Shown: in pieces, positions 30,791 through 39,633 of the stretch
Layout: every line of letters starts with the position of its first letter
How positions within the stretch are numbered: the first letter of the stretch is position 1
From: Eubacteriales bacterium
GTDB taxonomy: Bacteria > Bacillota > Clostridia > Oscillospirales > CAG-272
DNA length: 41,879 bases
Assembly (NCBI GenBank): GCA_045531105.1
Contig: JAZSDJ010000058.1
Location: 1 to 41,879 of the forward strand
Reading direction: 5' to 3'
Position numbers and translations under genes: made by a program
Notes under the pieces: generated by a model
What the model was told of the DNA's origin: nothing
Seen by the model: only the letters and a program-made list of their open reading frames with translations
Database searches by the model: none

Positions 30791-32102
30791 GAGGACAAAT
30801 ACACTTGCTTATAATTGGAGTGATAAGCACAAAGAGTATATGCGGAATACGCAAACTTGCTCAATGAATATTGCAGAGGGTTCTATCCGTAGCGGCAAGA
30901 CCACAGACAATATATTTTGCTTTGCTCATGATTTGAAAAAGTCAAAAGACAAATTACACCTTGCAACCGCTTCAACGCAACCAACGGCAAAAATCATCAT
31001 AGGCGATTGCGATGGGTACGGATTGGAGCATATTTTTAGAGGTCAATGCCGATGGGGTAAATACAAAGGCAACGAATGTTTGAGGATATGCGGAAAAGAT
31101 ACTAACTATAAAGAAAAGATTGTTTTGTTTTGTGGCGGTGCAAAGGCTGACAGTTACAAGAAGTTTAGAGGTATGTCTATTGGCTTGTGGATTGCAACGG
31201 AGATAAACTTACACCACGAAGAAACGATAAGAGAAGCTCAACGCAGACAGATAAATGCAGATATAAAACGCTTTTATTGGGATTTGAACCCCGAAAGTCC
31301 AAACGCAGAGATTTACCGAAAGTTTATTGATGTATATGAGGGAAAGAGCGAAAGCGGACAGTTAAAGGGCGGTTTTAATCTTATAACATTTAATATCTTT
31401 GATAATATCAATTTGTCAAAAGAAAACCTTGACGAAGAAATATCAAAATATGAGGTTGGAAGTGTTTACTATAAGCGAGATATACTCGGTTTACGATGTG
31501 CGGCAGAGGGCATAGTTTTTCAAGAATTTGCGGAGAATGTCGATAAGTATATCATTGACAGAAAAGATGTGCCGAAAGATTTACGGAATTTTTCCGTTGG
31601 GTTCGACATCGGAGGCAACCTGTCAAACTATTCACTTGTTGCAAGTGCGGTTGACAGACAAAACAATGTTTATGTATTAAAGGCAAAAGAGATATTACCG
31701 CAGGATTTACGCCCTGCTGATGTTGAAAATGCCGCAAAGGACTTTATATCAAGCATAGAAAAAGAATACGGCATAAGGGCAAATAACTGCTATGTAGATG
31801 ATGCGTATTATACGATTATCAACGGACTTAACGATTGGCGATATATATTTGATAATGCCGCCTGTATCAAGTCCTCAATGCCTTTACAGGATAGACCATT
31901 GATGTTATCAAAACTTATGGCACAGGGCAAATTCAAACTTGTAAAGGGCGAATGTGAACCGCTTATAGAACAGTTACAAAATGCGGTGTATGACCCGAAA
32001 TGTGAAAAGGCGATTATTCTTGACGATGGCAGTTACAATGTGGACTGCATCGATGGGTTCTTTTACAGTGTAGCAGATTGCTATGCTTGGCTGACAGATT
32101 GA
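30774..32102 (+). CDS. terL: terminase large subunit (PBSX/Terminase_3-like)
   Basis: Walker A-like AEGSIRSGKTT. 442 aa. Overlaps terS. Confidence 0.85.
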   Translation: MSLAVKRTNTLAYNWSDKHKEYMRNTQTCSMNIAEGSIRSGKTTDNIFCFAHDLKKSKDKLHLATASTQPTAKIIIGDCDGYGLEHIFRGQCRWGKYKGNECLRICGKDTNYKEKIVLFCGGAKADSYKKFRGMSIGLWIATEINLHHEETIREAQRRQINADIKRFYWDLNPESPNAEIYRKFIDVYEGKSESGQLKGGFNLITFNIFDNINLSKENLDEEISKYEVGSVYYKRDILGLRCAAEGIVFQEFAENVDKYIIDRKDVPKDLRNFSVGFDIGGNLSNYSLVASAVDRQNNVYVLKAKEILPQDLRPADVENAAKDFISSIEKEYGIRANNCYVDDAYYTIINGLNDWRYIFDNAACIKSSMPLQDRPLMLSKLMAQGKFKLVKGECEPLIEQLQNAVYDPKCEKAIILDDGSYNVDCIDGFFYSVADCYAWLTD

Positions 32103-32117
32103 TAGAGGTATGATATT

Positions 32118-32831
32118 ATGATACAATTATACAACGGCGATTGCCTTGAATTGATGAAAAATATTCCCGATGGCTCGGTGGATTTGGTGCTGACTGACCC
32201 ACCGTATGGGACAACGGCTTGCAAATGGGATAGTGTTATTCCGTTTGAGCCGATGTGGGAACATTTGAACAGAATAATCAAGCCGAATGGCGCTATTTGT
32301 CTTTTCGGTAGTGAGCCGTTTTCAAGTGCCTTGAGAATGAGCAATATTAAGAATTTTAAGTATGATTGGATATGGGAAAAAGAACAAGGTGCAAACTTTA
32401 TGCTTTGCAAATACCAACCATACAAAGTACACGAAATTATTTCGGTATTCAGTAAAGCAAAACACAATTATTTTCCGCAAATGACAGAGGGTAAGCCTTA
32501 TATTTCGGGCAAAGGTACAAGCGGAGAAATAACAGGCAATAGACCGAAAGTGCAAACAAAGAATGAGGGCAAAAGATACCCACGAAGCATACAAAGGTTT
32601 AATACCGAAAAAAACAAGTCAACTCACCCAACACAAAAACCGATTGCCCTGCTTGAATATCTTATTAAAACATACACAAATGAGGGCGAAACAGTTTTAG
32701 ACTTCACTATGGGCAGTGGTAGTTGTGGTGTCGCATCAGTAAACACAAACCGAAACTTTATCGGCATAGAGTTAGACAAAGGCTATTTTGATATAGCCGA
32801 AAAGCGAATAAACGAAGCACAAAATATATAG
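32118..32831 (+). CDS. DNA methyltransferase (beta-class N6-adenine or N4-cytosine)
   Basis: Motif IV LVLTDPPYG precedes motif I DFTMGSGSCG. HPTQKP motif present. Confidence 0.85.
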   Translation: MIQLYNGDCLELMKNIPDGSVDLVLTDPPYGTTACKWDSVIPFEPMWEHLNRIIKPNGAICLFGSEPFSSALRMSNIKNFKYDWIWEKEQGANFMLCKYQPYKVHEIISVFSKAKHNYFPQMTEGKPYISGKGTSGEITGNRPKVQTKNEGKRYPRSIQRFNTEKNKSTHPTQKPIALLEYLIKTYTNEGETVLDFTMGSGSCGVASVNTNRNFIGIELDKGYFDIAEKRINEAQNI

Positions 32832-32843
32832 GAGCGTGATATT

Positions 32844-34166
32844 TTGGGATTTTGGAGTAATTTTTGGGGATTTGTCAAAAAGAAGATAGACCAATATGAC
32901 GAGGAAAAGAAGATTGTCGTAAAGGTGCAGGATTGGGAAGATGTGAGAGAGTATAACCCACTTGCGATTGCAAATACAAAACTGACCTCGCTTGTGTGCG
33001 ATGAGGCAACGGTGGAATTGCAGACTGACAGCACACTTGTTCAGCCGTTGATGCCTCTTGCGGAAAATCTTGAAGCAAAGCGGTATGAAATCTGCTCTAC
33101 AATGTGCGGTAAAGGTGGCGTGTTTGTTACAATGGCAACAGGCGAAGATGATGAGCCGTACCACCGCATTATCGCTCCTGCTGATGTTTCTGTTTACAGA
33201 ATGGTAGCCGATAAGATGTATGAGGTCGCTATGGTAATTGACAAGAAGATTGTCAAGCATAGGGAATATAGGCTTATAAGGCATCATATTCTTGACGAAA
33301 ACGGCACCTTGTATGTTTACTATTACACAACGGATAAAAGCGGTAATGAGGAATATTTGGCTGAATGGGAGCATTACAAGAATGATAATGTAATGTATAT
33401 CGGAGCGAACAATATCGGAGTTGCGTATTATAAAAGCCCACAAGATAGCCGTGGACTTTCTCAATGGGGCGTTCCGCTCAACTTTGGGTGCGAAGAAGTA
33501 GAAAATCAAATCAAGGTTGCAAGAAATAATCTTGATGAAGAAATGCACCTTATGAAAACAAAGCTCTTTGCAGATGAAACTATTTCCCGAAAAATCGGCA
33601 CAAAAGACGGTGAGCGTTTTGATTTGCCTGAGGGCATTTATACCATACGCAAAAAGGCAGGAGTGGATGGAACGCTTATTGATAGTTTTGCTCCGTCCAC
33701 AAGATACAATGATTATAAGCAAAAGTTGAACGATGCCCTGCAAGATTGGGAAAATCAAGTCGGTTTGGATAGAGGTTTTCTCACCGAACAGGAACACACG
33801 GCAGGGGCAACGGCTACCGAAATCCGCACGGCAAACACAAAGACACGCTCTTTTGTAAAGAAAATTCAATCCGCTATGTTTGACGGCATAAAGGCAACGC
33901 TTGAAGCAGATGCGGTGTTCTTGAATATTCCGCTTGACCTTTACACAGTTATGGTGGATTGGTTTGATGCGTTCCAAGACGAACAAGAGCAGTATAACCG
34001 TATTGTTTCAGCGGTTGACAGGGGCATTCTTGAAAAAGAGGACGAACTCCGTTGGCTTTATCCAAATATGACCGATGAGGAAATTGCGGACAAGTTGGCG
34101 AGAATGCAAGAACAAAGCCGAGTGAACACTGATGCGGCACTTGAAAAAATATTGAATGGAGGTTGA
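32844..34166 (+). CDS. portal protein (SPP1 gp6-like)
   Basis: 440 aa after the terminase block. TTG start 9 nt after GGAG. Confidence 0.75.
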   Translation: MGFWSNFWGFVKKKIDQYDEEKKIVVKVQDWEDVREYNPLAIANTKLTSLVCDEATVELQTDSTLVQPLMPLAENLEAKRYEICSTMCGKGGVFVTMATGEDDEPYHRIIAPADVSVYRMVADKMYEVAMVIDKKIVKHREYRLIRHHILDENGTLYVYYYTTDKSGNEEYLAEWEHYKNDNVMYIGANNIGVAYYKSPQDSRGLSQWGVPLNFGCEEVENQIKVARNNLDEEMHLMKTKLFADETISRKIGTKDGERFDLPEGIYTIRKKAGVDGTLIDSFAPSTRYNDYKQKLNDALQDWENQVGLDRGFLTEQEHTAGATATEIRTANTKTRSFVKKIQSAMFDGIKATLEADAVFLNIPLDLYTVMVDWFDAFQDEQEQYNRIVSAVDRGILEKEDELRWLYPNMTDEEIADKLARMQEQSRVNTDAALEKILNGG

Positions 34167-34170
34167 TTAT

Positions 34171-34935
34171 ATGGCGTTAAAAGGCAAATGGGTTGACAAG
34201 ATTGATGGCGTAGATATAAACAGTGCCAACGATATAAACCAAGTGGCACAAGCGGTAATGGAATTGGAGGACGCGTTAGAGGAATCTGTGGGCGGAATCG
34301 ACAAAACGCTCACAATCGAGGGTAAAGCCGCTGACGCAAAGGCGGTTGGCGACGCGCTCGCTAAAAGTTCGGAAGCGTTAGAACTTCTTGCCTCAAGGGC
34401 TGTACTCTCTGTAAACGGAAAATCCCCCGATGAAAACGGAAACGTTGAGATTGAGGAGGGTGGAGGCGGTATCGCAAACGAAACCGACCCGACAATCTAC
34501 GTGGGAAGCGGTGATGCTCCTGCGGGTACAAAGGTGCAGATCAATCCCGAGGGCGAGACCATGGAGATCCTCACTCCCGACGACGTGAATGAGGTGCTTG
34601 AGGAGGCAAAGGCGAGCGGAATGTTCGATGGTGCGCCTGGAACAAGCGTGACGGTGGAATCTGTGACCGAATCCACGGCAAGCGGCGGCACAAGCGTCGT
34701 GACCTTCTCCGACGGCAGTACGCTGAACGTGAAGAACGGCGCAGACGGTGCGGACGGTGCAAAGGGCGACAAGGGCGACAAGGGCGAGACAGGTCCGCAG
34801 GGACCTGCGTACACGCTGACGGACAGTGACCGCGACACGATCGCTTCCGCTGTGAAGGCGTCGCTTCCCACGCTCACCCTCACCGGCAAGGACGCGGACG
34901 GCGTGTCGCATACTTGGACTGTTTACGGAACATAA
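34171..34935 (+). CDS. fibre-like protein with collagen-like Gly-X-Y tract
   Basis: GKWVDKIDGVDINSANDINQVAQAVMELE N-terminus. KTLTIEGKAADAKAVGDAL motif. GADGADGAKGDKGDKGETGPQGP. ATG 34171 after GGAGG. Confidence 0.6.
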   Translation: MALKGKWVDKIDGVDINSANDINQVAQAVMELEDALEESVGGIDKTLTIEGKAADAKAVGDALAKSSEALELLASRAVLSVNGKSPDENGNVEIEEGGGGIANETDPTIYVGSGDAPAGTKVQINPEGETMEILTPDDVNEVLEEAKASGMFDGAPGTSVTVESVTESTASGGTSVVTFSDGSTLNVKNGADGADGAKGDKGDKGETGPQGPAYTLTDSDRDTIASAVKASLPTLTLTGKDADGVSHTWTVYGT

Positions 34936-34947
34936 GCGAGGTGTAAT

Positions 34948-35505
34948 ATGGATTTAACTAATCTCAAAGAACTTTTAGTGAACGGCATCAAACTCGTGGA
35001 GCTCTACGTAAACGGCGTGCTTGTGTGGATGGCTAAAACGTTCACCAACCTCGTGCCACTCTCCGTTGACACGGATGGAAGCATCTTCAACGGTGTCGGG
35101 TACAAGGAGAGCGTCCGCTTGTCTTCATCCGGCGGCATCAGCAGCTCGGCGCAGAGCGGCTCGGTCACAACGGGATTCATCCCTTGGAACGGCGACGGCG
35201 ACGTTCTTCGACTGAAGGGCGTTGAGTGGATGAACGCTCCCTCAAATCAGCACTTTTACTTCAACTTCTACGACGCGGACAAAAAGTTCATCATATATAC
35301 AAGCTCGTCGATTTGGAATCAGGGCTCTATCGACCACATCCTCACGGCTACAAGGGACGAGGACGGAGTGGAAACCTTTGTGTGGAATAAGGAGTACGGC
35401 ACAGCGAACTCTCTCTTGCAGGGCGTGCGCTCCGCGAAGTTTATCCGTATCACAGCGTACGGCAGCGGTGCCGATATGATAGTAACAATTAACGAGGAGA
35501 TATAA
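34948..35505 (+). CDS. fibre/receptor-binding-like beta-rich protein
   Basis: TNLVPLSVDTDGSIFNGVGYKESVRLSSSGG...TGFIPWNGDGDVLRLKG. Lies within the GC-rich island. Confidence 0.45.
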   Translation: MDLTNLKELLVNGIKLVELYVNGVLVWMAKTFTNLVPLSVDTDGSIFNGVGYKESVRLSSSGGISSSAQSGSVTTGFIPWNGDGDVLRLKGVEWMNAPSNQHFYFNFYDADKKFIIYTSSSIWNQGSIDHILTATRDEDGVETFVWNKEYGTANSLLQGVRSAKFIRITAYGSGADMIVTINEEI

Positions 35506-35515
35506 GGAGGGCGAA

Positions 35516-35953
35516 ATGAGTACAAAGATACCTATTTTAACCGTTTATGACGAAAATGGAAACAAAATTCCCGTTCCAGCGATCGGTGGAACGGGGAGCA
35601 CGGACAAGACGCTTTCGGTTGAAGGCAAAGCTGCCGATGCAAAGGCGGTAGGGGATGCTCTCGGCGATAAACTTAACAAGACAGGCGGTACGCTTTCGGG
35701 CAAGGTCGTCCTGCCGACAGGTGATCAGAACGTAGGCTTCACAAACAGCGAGGATCAGAAGATTTTCGGGTATGGCGACATTGATTCGGTGTCGCATATG
35801 AGAATCGGAGATGCAAGCAAACCGCTACAGCTTCGAGGAAGTGAGAGTGCGCCCAAGTATAACGGAGGTGTGCTTGTCCTACGTTCGGAGCTTGATGCCG
35901 CCCTCGGCTCTTATATCACGGATATAGATGCACTTATCGGAGGTGATTCGTAA
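35516..35953 (+). CDS. fibre protein
   Basis: KTLSVEGKAADAKAVGDALGDKLNKTGGTLSGKVVLP, a motif shared with 34171-34935. Confidence 0.55.
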   Translation: MSTKIPILTVYDENGNKIPVPAIGGTGSTDKTLSVEGKAADAKAVGDALGDKLNKTGGTLSGKVVLPTGDQNVGFTNSEDQKIFGYGDIDSVSHMRIGDASKPLQLRGSESAPKYNGGVLVLRSELDAALGSYITDIDALIGGDS

Positions 35954-36498
35954 TGGCAACTGCGGATAGTGTTAAGGCAAAAATGCAGGGGCTTATCGAC
36001 TCTGCGAACGCTAAAACGGGTGCGAGCGATGCGACTCTGACAGCGGCTGTGAACACGCTTATTGCAGGATTTGGTAGCGGTGGTGGTAGCGGAGCAAGCG
36101 GGATTTATATGGCGAAGGTTACACCTGCGGAAAGTGTTGGCGGTTTGACCGTTCAGCACAACTTGGGAACAACAGATATATTACTGGCGGCGGTATGGGC
36201 TGAAACGCTTGGGGATATAATCCCCACTGCCTCAAATGTGCTTGCAAAATTTTTCGCTAAAACCGACATAACAACACAACGTGGTGGTGACAATTTTGGT
36301 ACTGGTTATGCATGGAACACAACAAACGGCTATGCGGCTGCGCAAGGTCCAAATGCGGCAGGTTATGAGAATCTTAAGATAGAAGATGAAAACACGGTGT
36401 ATATTCCAAGGATACAATCAGGTACAAATGGCTATTATTTGGCTGGTCTTACTTACACAGTTATCATCATGGCGGCAAGTGCTTTTTCGGGGGGGTAA
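35953..36498 (+). CDS. fibre-module protein
   Basis: ADSVKAKMQGLIDSANAKTGASDATLTAAVNTLIAGFG N-terminus. TAATG coupling. Confidence 0.4.
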   Translation: MATADSVKAKMQGLIDSANAKTGASDATLTAAVNTLIAGFGSGGGSGASGIYMAKVTPAESVGGLTVQHNLGTTDILLAAVWAETLGDIIPTASNVLAKFFAKTDITTQRGGDNFGTGYAWNTTNGYAAAQGPNAAGYENLKIEDENTVYIPRIQSGTNGYYLAGLTYTVIIMAASAFSGG

Positions 36499-36501
36499 AG
36501 T

Positions 36502-36735
36502 ATGCTGATTAAACATAACAATACATTTGCTTGGTATGGCGAGGAAATCACCGAAACCGAGTACAACGAAATTCTCTCCATACTTCGTAATCGTCCGACC
36601 GCTCCCGAAGGATATGGGTACAGGCTCACAGAATCTCTCGAATGGGAACTCTACGAACTTCCTGTCGAGGAAGAAACCGATGACGAAATCTCGGCAGAAG
36701 AAGCACTTGAAATCATCACAGGAGGTGCAGTATGA
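36502..36735 (+). CDS. small acidic fibre-module protein
   Basis: 77 aa, acidic C-terminus ELPVEEETDDEISAEEALEIITGG. Confidence 0.4.
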   Translation: MLIKHNNTFAWYGEEITETEYNEILSILRNRPTAPEGYGYRLTESLEWELYELPVEEETDDEISAEEALEIITGGAV

Positions 36736-37142
36736 GACGAAGTGAGGCATATCGTTTTCGTGCGAACATAGAAACAGCGGCGCAGACTGTGGATGACAAG
36801 ACAGCTCTCACTATGATACAGCTCTATCCCAAATGGGAAAGCGGCAAGGAATATAGCGAGGGTTTCAAGCTCCGCTATGCTGACAAGTTATACAAGGTCA
36901 CTACAGCGCACACATCACAGGATGCGTGGACTCCCGATGCGGCGACAACGCTGTTCACTCGAATCGAGGAAGAGGCTGACGGAAGCCTTGAGAATCCGAT
37001 TCCCTATGACGGCAATATGGCACTCGTGAGCGGCTTGTATTACGTTCAAGATGGCGTAAAGTATATTTGCACTCGTGATACAGTAAATCCCGTATACAAC
37101 GCGCTCGCGGAGCTCGTAGGACTTTACGTGGAGGTGATATAA
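36732..37142 (+). CDS. carbohydrate-binding (CBM5/12-like) module protein
   Basis: YADKLYKVTTAHTSQDAWTPDAATTLFTRI resembles the CBM5/12 signature (Y.v...HtSq..W.P....sLW..i). Confidence 0.45.
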   Translation: MRRSEAYRFRANIETAAQTVDDKTALTMIQLYPKWESGKEYSEGFKLRYADKLYKVTTAHTSQDAWTPDAATTLFTRIEEEADGSLENPIPYDGNMALVSGLYYVQDGVKYICTRDTVNPVYNALAELVGLYVEVI

Positions 37143-37238
37143 ATGATAAGCGCGCTACATCTTATATGGATAATACCGCTGTCGGCGTGGTTTGGCTTTG
37201 CCGCGGCGGTGCTGATAATGTCAAAACAACATCATTAA
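37143..37238 (+). CDS. possible small membrane peptide (31 aa)
   Basis: MISALHLIWIIPLSAWFGFAAAVLIMSKQHH. Starts right after the upstream stop and ends just before the terminator. Confidence 0.3.
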   Translation: MISALHLIWIIPLSAWFGFAAAVLIMSKQHH

Positions 37239-37248
37239 AATACTCACG

Positions 37249-37282
37249 ATACCGAGAACAGAAATGTTTTCGGTATTTTTTT
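37249..37282 (+). terminator. intrinsic terminator
   Basis: ATACCGA 37249-37255 pairs with TCGGTAT 37270-37276, then TTTTTT. Confidence 0.75.
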
Positions 37283-37312
37283 GAAAAAATTAAAAAAGTT
37301 TTGAAAAAGGTA

Positions 37313-37341
37313 TTGACAAAGTAGAAAAAAAGCAGTATAAT
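37313..37341 (+). promoter_or_regulatory. sigma70-type promoter (accessory cassette)
   Basis: TTGACA 37313-37318, 17 nt, TATAAT 37336-37341. Upstream AAAAGTTTTGAAAAAGGTA block. Confidence 0.8.
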
Positions 37342-37370
37342 AGTATCAGAAAGAAAGAGGGGTATTTGTT

Positions 37371-37619
37371 GTGAAAAATTATAATGAGATGTATGTTGAA
37401 CTTTGCAAGGATTTTATAAAGGATTTTTTTGTGGAACATTCTGTAAAAAATGGCGGTGTTGAGATTGGTTGCTTTTGGAATGAAGCTGAAAAAAGCGGTT
37501 TGTGGGTTCGTGGGACATTCGGAACGGCTATGAGCAAGGCACTTGAAGAAATTGCTTTCGTAGAGGATGTTAGTGATGAAAACGGTAATTTTTTGTATAA
37601 TGTTTTCAAATTAAAATGA
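37371..37619 (+). CDS. hypothetical protein
   Basis: GTG start after AAGAGGGG. ORF in the track. Confidence 0.45.
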   Translation: MKNYNEMYVELCKDFIKDFFVEHSVKNGGVEIGCFWNEAEKSGLWVRGTFGTAMSKALEEIAFVEDVSDENGNFLYNVFKLK

Positions 37620-37628
37620 GGTGATTGT

Positions 37629-38348
37629 ATGTATTATGTTGCTTCGTGCAGTTTCGGAAAAGATAGCCTTGCAATGATTTTACGGCTGATTGAAGAAAAT
37701 AAACCACTTGATGAGGTTGTTTTTTACGATACGGGAATGGAATTTGAAGCCATTTACAAGGTAAGAGATAAAATATTGCCTTTATTGGCTGAAAAAGGTA
37801 TCAAATACACCGAATTAAAACCCGATAGACCGTTTATGTATGATATGCTTGAAAAACCAATTAAAGACCATTTTGGATATGGTTGGTGTGGCGGTTGTGC
37901 AAGGTGGGGGACAACGCACAAACAGGTTGCACTTGATAAATACAAGTCGCAATATAAAGATTTAGTTGAATATGTTGGAATTGCTTTTGATGAAAAAGAA
38001 AGGGCAAAAGATAAAGCATATCCTTTGATAGAATGGAAAATGACGGAACAAGATTGCCTTTGGTATTGCCACAAAAAAGGGTTTAGGTGGTGTGAAAATG
38101 GCGTTGAATTATACACAATACTTAATAGAGCGTCTTGTTGGTGTTGCAGAAACAAAAACCAAAGAGAACTTTATAATATTTGGAAAATGTTGCCTGATTA
38201 TTGGGAACGGTTAAAGGAAATACAAAAGAAAATAAATTCGCCTATGAAAAAATACAGCAACAAAAAATTCGGTCAATATGGAGATGTTTTTTCTCTTGAA
38301 AAATTATTTGAGCAAGGATATATTCCATTGAAAACAAAAAGGAGGTAG
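37629..38348 (+). CDS. PAPS reductase-like PP-loop ATP pyrophosphatase family protein
   Basis: PP-loop ASCSFGKDSLAM. C-terminal Cys cluster RASCWCCRNKN. Confidence 0.7.
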   Translation: MYYVASCSFGKDSLAMILRLIEENKPLDEVVFYDTGMEFEAIYKVRDKILPLLAEKGIKYTELKPDRPFMYDMLEKPIKDHFGYGWCGGCARWGTTHKQVALDKYKSQYKDLVEYVGIAFDEKERAKDKAYPLIEWKMTEQDCLWYCHKKGFRWCENGVELYTILNRASCWCCRNKNQRELYNIWKMLPDYWERLKEIQKKINSPMKKYSNKKFGQYGDVFSLEKLFEQGYIPLKTKRR

Positions 38349-38352
38349 TTTA

Positions 38353-38481
38353 ATGTTTTGGAGAAAGGTTTTCGGTGATGTGATGTTTGAAAAGGTGCAA
38401 AAATATGCAAAGGACAGAAACTTTACCATTTCAACATTAGTTAGACTTGCGGTAGAACAGTATATTAAGGCTGATAGATAA
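38353..38481 (+). CDS. ribbon-helix-helix-like protein (42 aa)
   Basis: VMFEKVQKYAKDRNFTISTLVRLAVEQYIKADR. GGAGG upstream. Below the ORF-track cutoff. Confidence 0.45.
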   Translation: MFWRKVFGDVMFEKVQKYAKDRNFTISTLVRLAVEQYIKADR

Positions 38482-38495
38482 GCAGAGAAAGGAAG

Positions 38496-38672
38496 ATGGG
38501 AAGAATGGAACACAAGTGTAATGGTTGCCGATATAAAGGCGAACACCAAGAAATGATGTTTAGACCTTTTGGGGTATGTTTGCGAGAAACAAACCTTATT
38601 CAAGCGGAAAAGAATTACAATGCAGATGTTTGTCCGTATGAAGATATGAGAAAGGAAGATGAGGGGAAATGA
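38496..38672 (+). CDS. small Cys-rich protein (58 aa)
   Basis: HKCNGCRY...FGVCLRE...DVCPYE. ATGA coupling downstream. Confidence 0.45.
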   Translation: MGRMEHKCNGCRYKGEHQEMMFRPFGVCLRETNLIQAEKNYNADVCPYEDMRKEDEGK

Positions 38673-38875
38673 AAAAGATAATTCAGTTTATCAAAGATAT
38701 TGTTTATGAACAAAGATGGTTAAAATCAAAACCTTGCGTGGCTTGTATGAACTTTGATTATTATATGGGTTCGGCAGGAATATGCACAGCAAAAAGCGGT
38801 TGCCCCACAACAAGAATTAAAGATTGTTCTGAATGTTGCGATTGCGGAAAATTCAAAAGAAAAAGAAAGGTATAA
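38669..38875 (+). CDS. small Cys-rich protein
   Basis: KPCVACMNFD...GICTAKSGCPTTRIKDCSECCDCGKF. Confidence 0.5.
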   Translation: MKKIIQFIKDIVYEQRWLKSKPCVACMNFDYYMGSAGICTAKSGCPTTRIKDCSECCDCGKFKRKRKV

Positions 38876-38880
38876 ACATT

Positions 38881-39108
38881 ATGACTTACGAAAAAATGAC
38901 CTATGGAAAGGCGATAGACACGATTGAGCATATCGAAGAACGCACAGACGAAGAAATCGCCCTTGCGATATATCGAATATTGAATATGACCACCATTATG
39001 GCGGTGAACAAAGACAATTTGGTGAAAATAATTCGTCATTTGTTTGACAAGTGCTATGAGGTCGAAGAATATGACCACCCAACCGAGAAAGGCGGTGTTG
39101 AGGAATGA
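38881..39108 (+). CDS. hypothetical protein
   Basis: ATG 38881 chosen within the track ORF 38833-39108 to avoid overlap. Confidence 0.4.
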   Translation: MTYEKMTYGKAIDTIEHIEERTDEEIALAIYRILNMTTIMAVNKDNLVKIIRHLFDKCYEVEEYDHPTEKGGVEE

Positions 39109-39293
39109 GAGTCAAAGTGTATAGAGTTGTTCCAAGAGAAAATCCCAACGGAGTTTTTTATATGGTAGATGCACCGAACAAGAGAATTGCAAAGTGGTGC
39201 GGATCAAATTTGTTCAACAATGAATATATTGCTTTTCTTTCCGCAAAGGATATGATAGCCGAGCGTTTTAGGGTGAAAGGCGGTGAGGGGTGA
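39105..39293 (+). CDS. hypothetical protein
   Basis: ATGA coupling. ORF in the track. Confidence 0.45.
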   Translation: MRVKVYRVVPRENPNGVFYMVDAPNKRIAKWCGSNLFNNEYIAFLSAKDMIAERFRVKGGEG

Positions 39294-39472
39294 TGGCTGA
39301 ACATAGATGCGACACTTGTTTGAACAGCCGTGTGATTATTTCCGAAAATGGTTATCATTCCGTTTGTTGCTTGTCGCAGAAAAAGGCGGTTGATTGTATT
39401 ACAAAGCAGAAAGATTATTATGCGGAAAACCCAAACATACGCACACCAAAAGAAAGAGGTGGGGAGAAGTGA
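39290..39472 (+). CDS. small Cys-rich protein
   Basis: HRCDTCLNSRV...SVCCLSQKKAVDC. ATGA coupling. Confidence 0.45.
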   Translation: MMAEHRCDTCLNSRVIISENGYHSVCCLSQKKAVDCITKQKDYYAENPNIRTPKERGGEK

Positions 39473-39633
39473 ACCATATTATAGGAATAATGGCTATGGT
39501 TTTCGGGTTTATATCATTGGCAATAAACAATATTTCAGGTGCTTATGGTTGTTTTGGCTTTGCTTTTATATTGTGGGTTGTACTTGCAATATATGAATAT
39601 GCAGAATATAGAAAAAATAAGGGCGGTGATTAA
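39469..39633 (+). CDS. small membrane protein (two TM segments)
   Basis: GTGA coupling. IIGIMAMVFGFISLAI and CFGFAFILWVVLAIY. Confidence 0.45.
   Translation: MNHIIGIMAMVFGFISLAINNISGAYGCFGFAFILWVVLAIYEYAEYRKNKGGD

Noticed and set aside
32772-33986. 404-aa ORF on the minus strand
   Set aside because: It is antisense to the portal gene, with low-complexity Ile/Phe/Cys-rich translation. I judge it a shadow ORF.
34393-34911. 172-aa and 130-aa minus-strand ORFs in the GC-rich island
   Set aside because: Long antisense ORFs are expected by chance in GC-rich DNA because stop codons are few. The Arg/Ala/Ser-rich translations overlap a well-supported + strand fibre gene.
34300-35665. Repeated KTL.(I/V)EGKAADAKAVGDAL-coding segments as a DGR template/variable repeat pair
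   Set aside because: There is no reverse transcriptase anywhere in the genome. The nucleotide differences between the copies are not restricted to adenine positions. They are paralogous fibre motifs.
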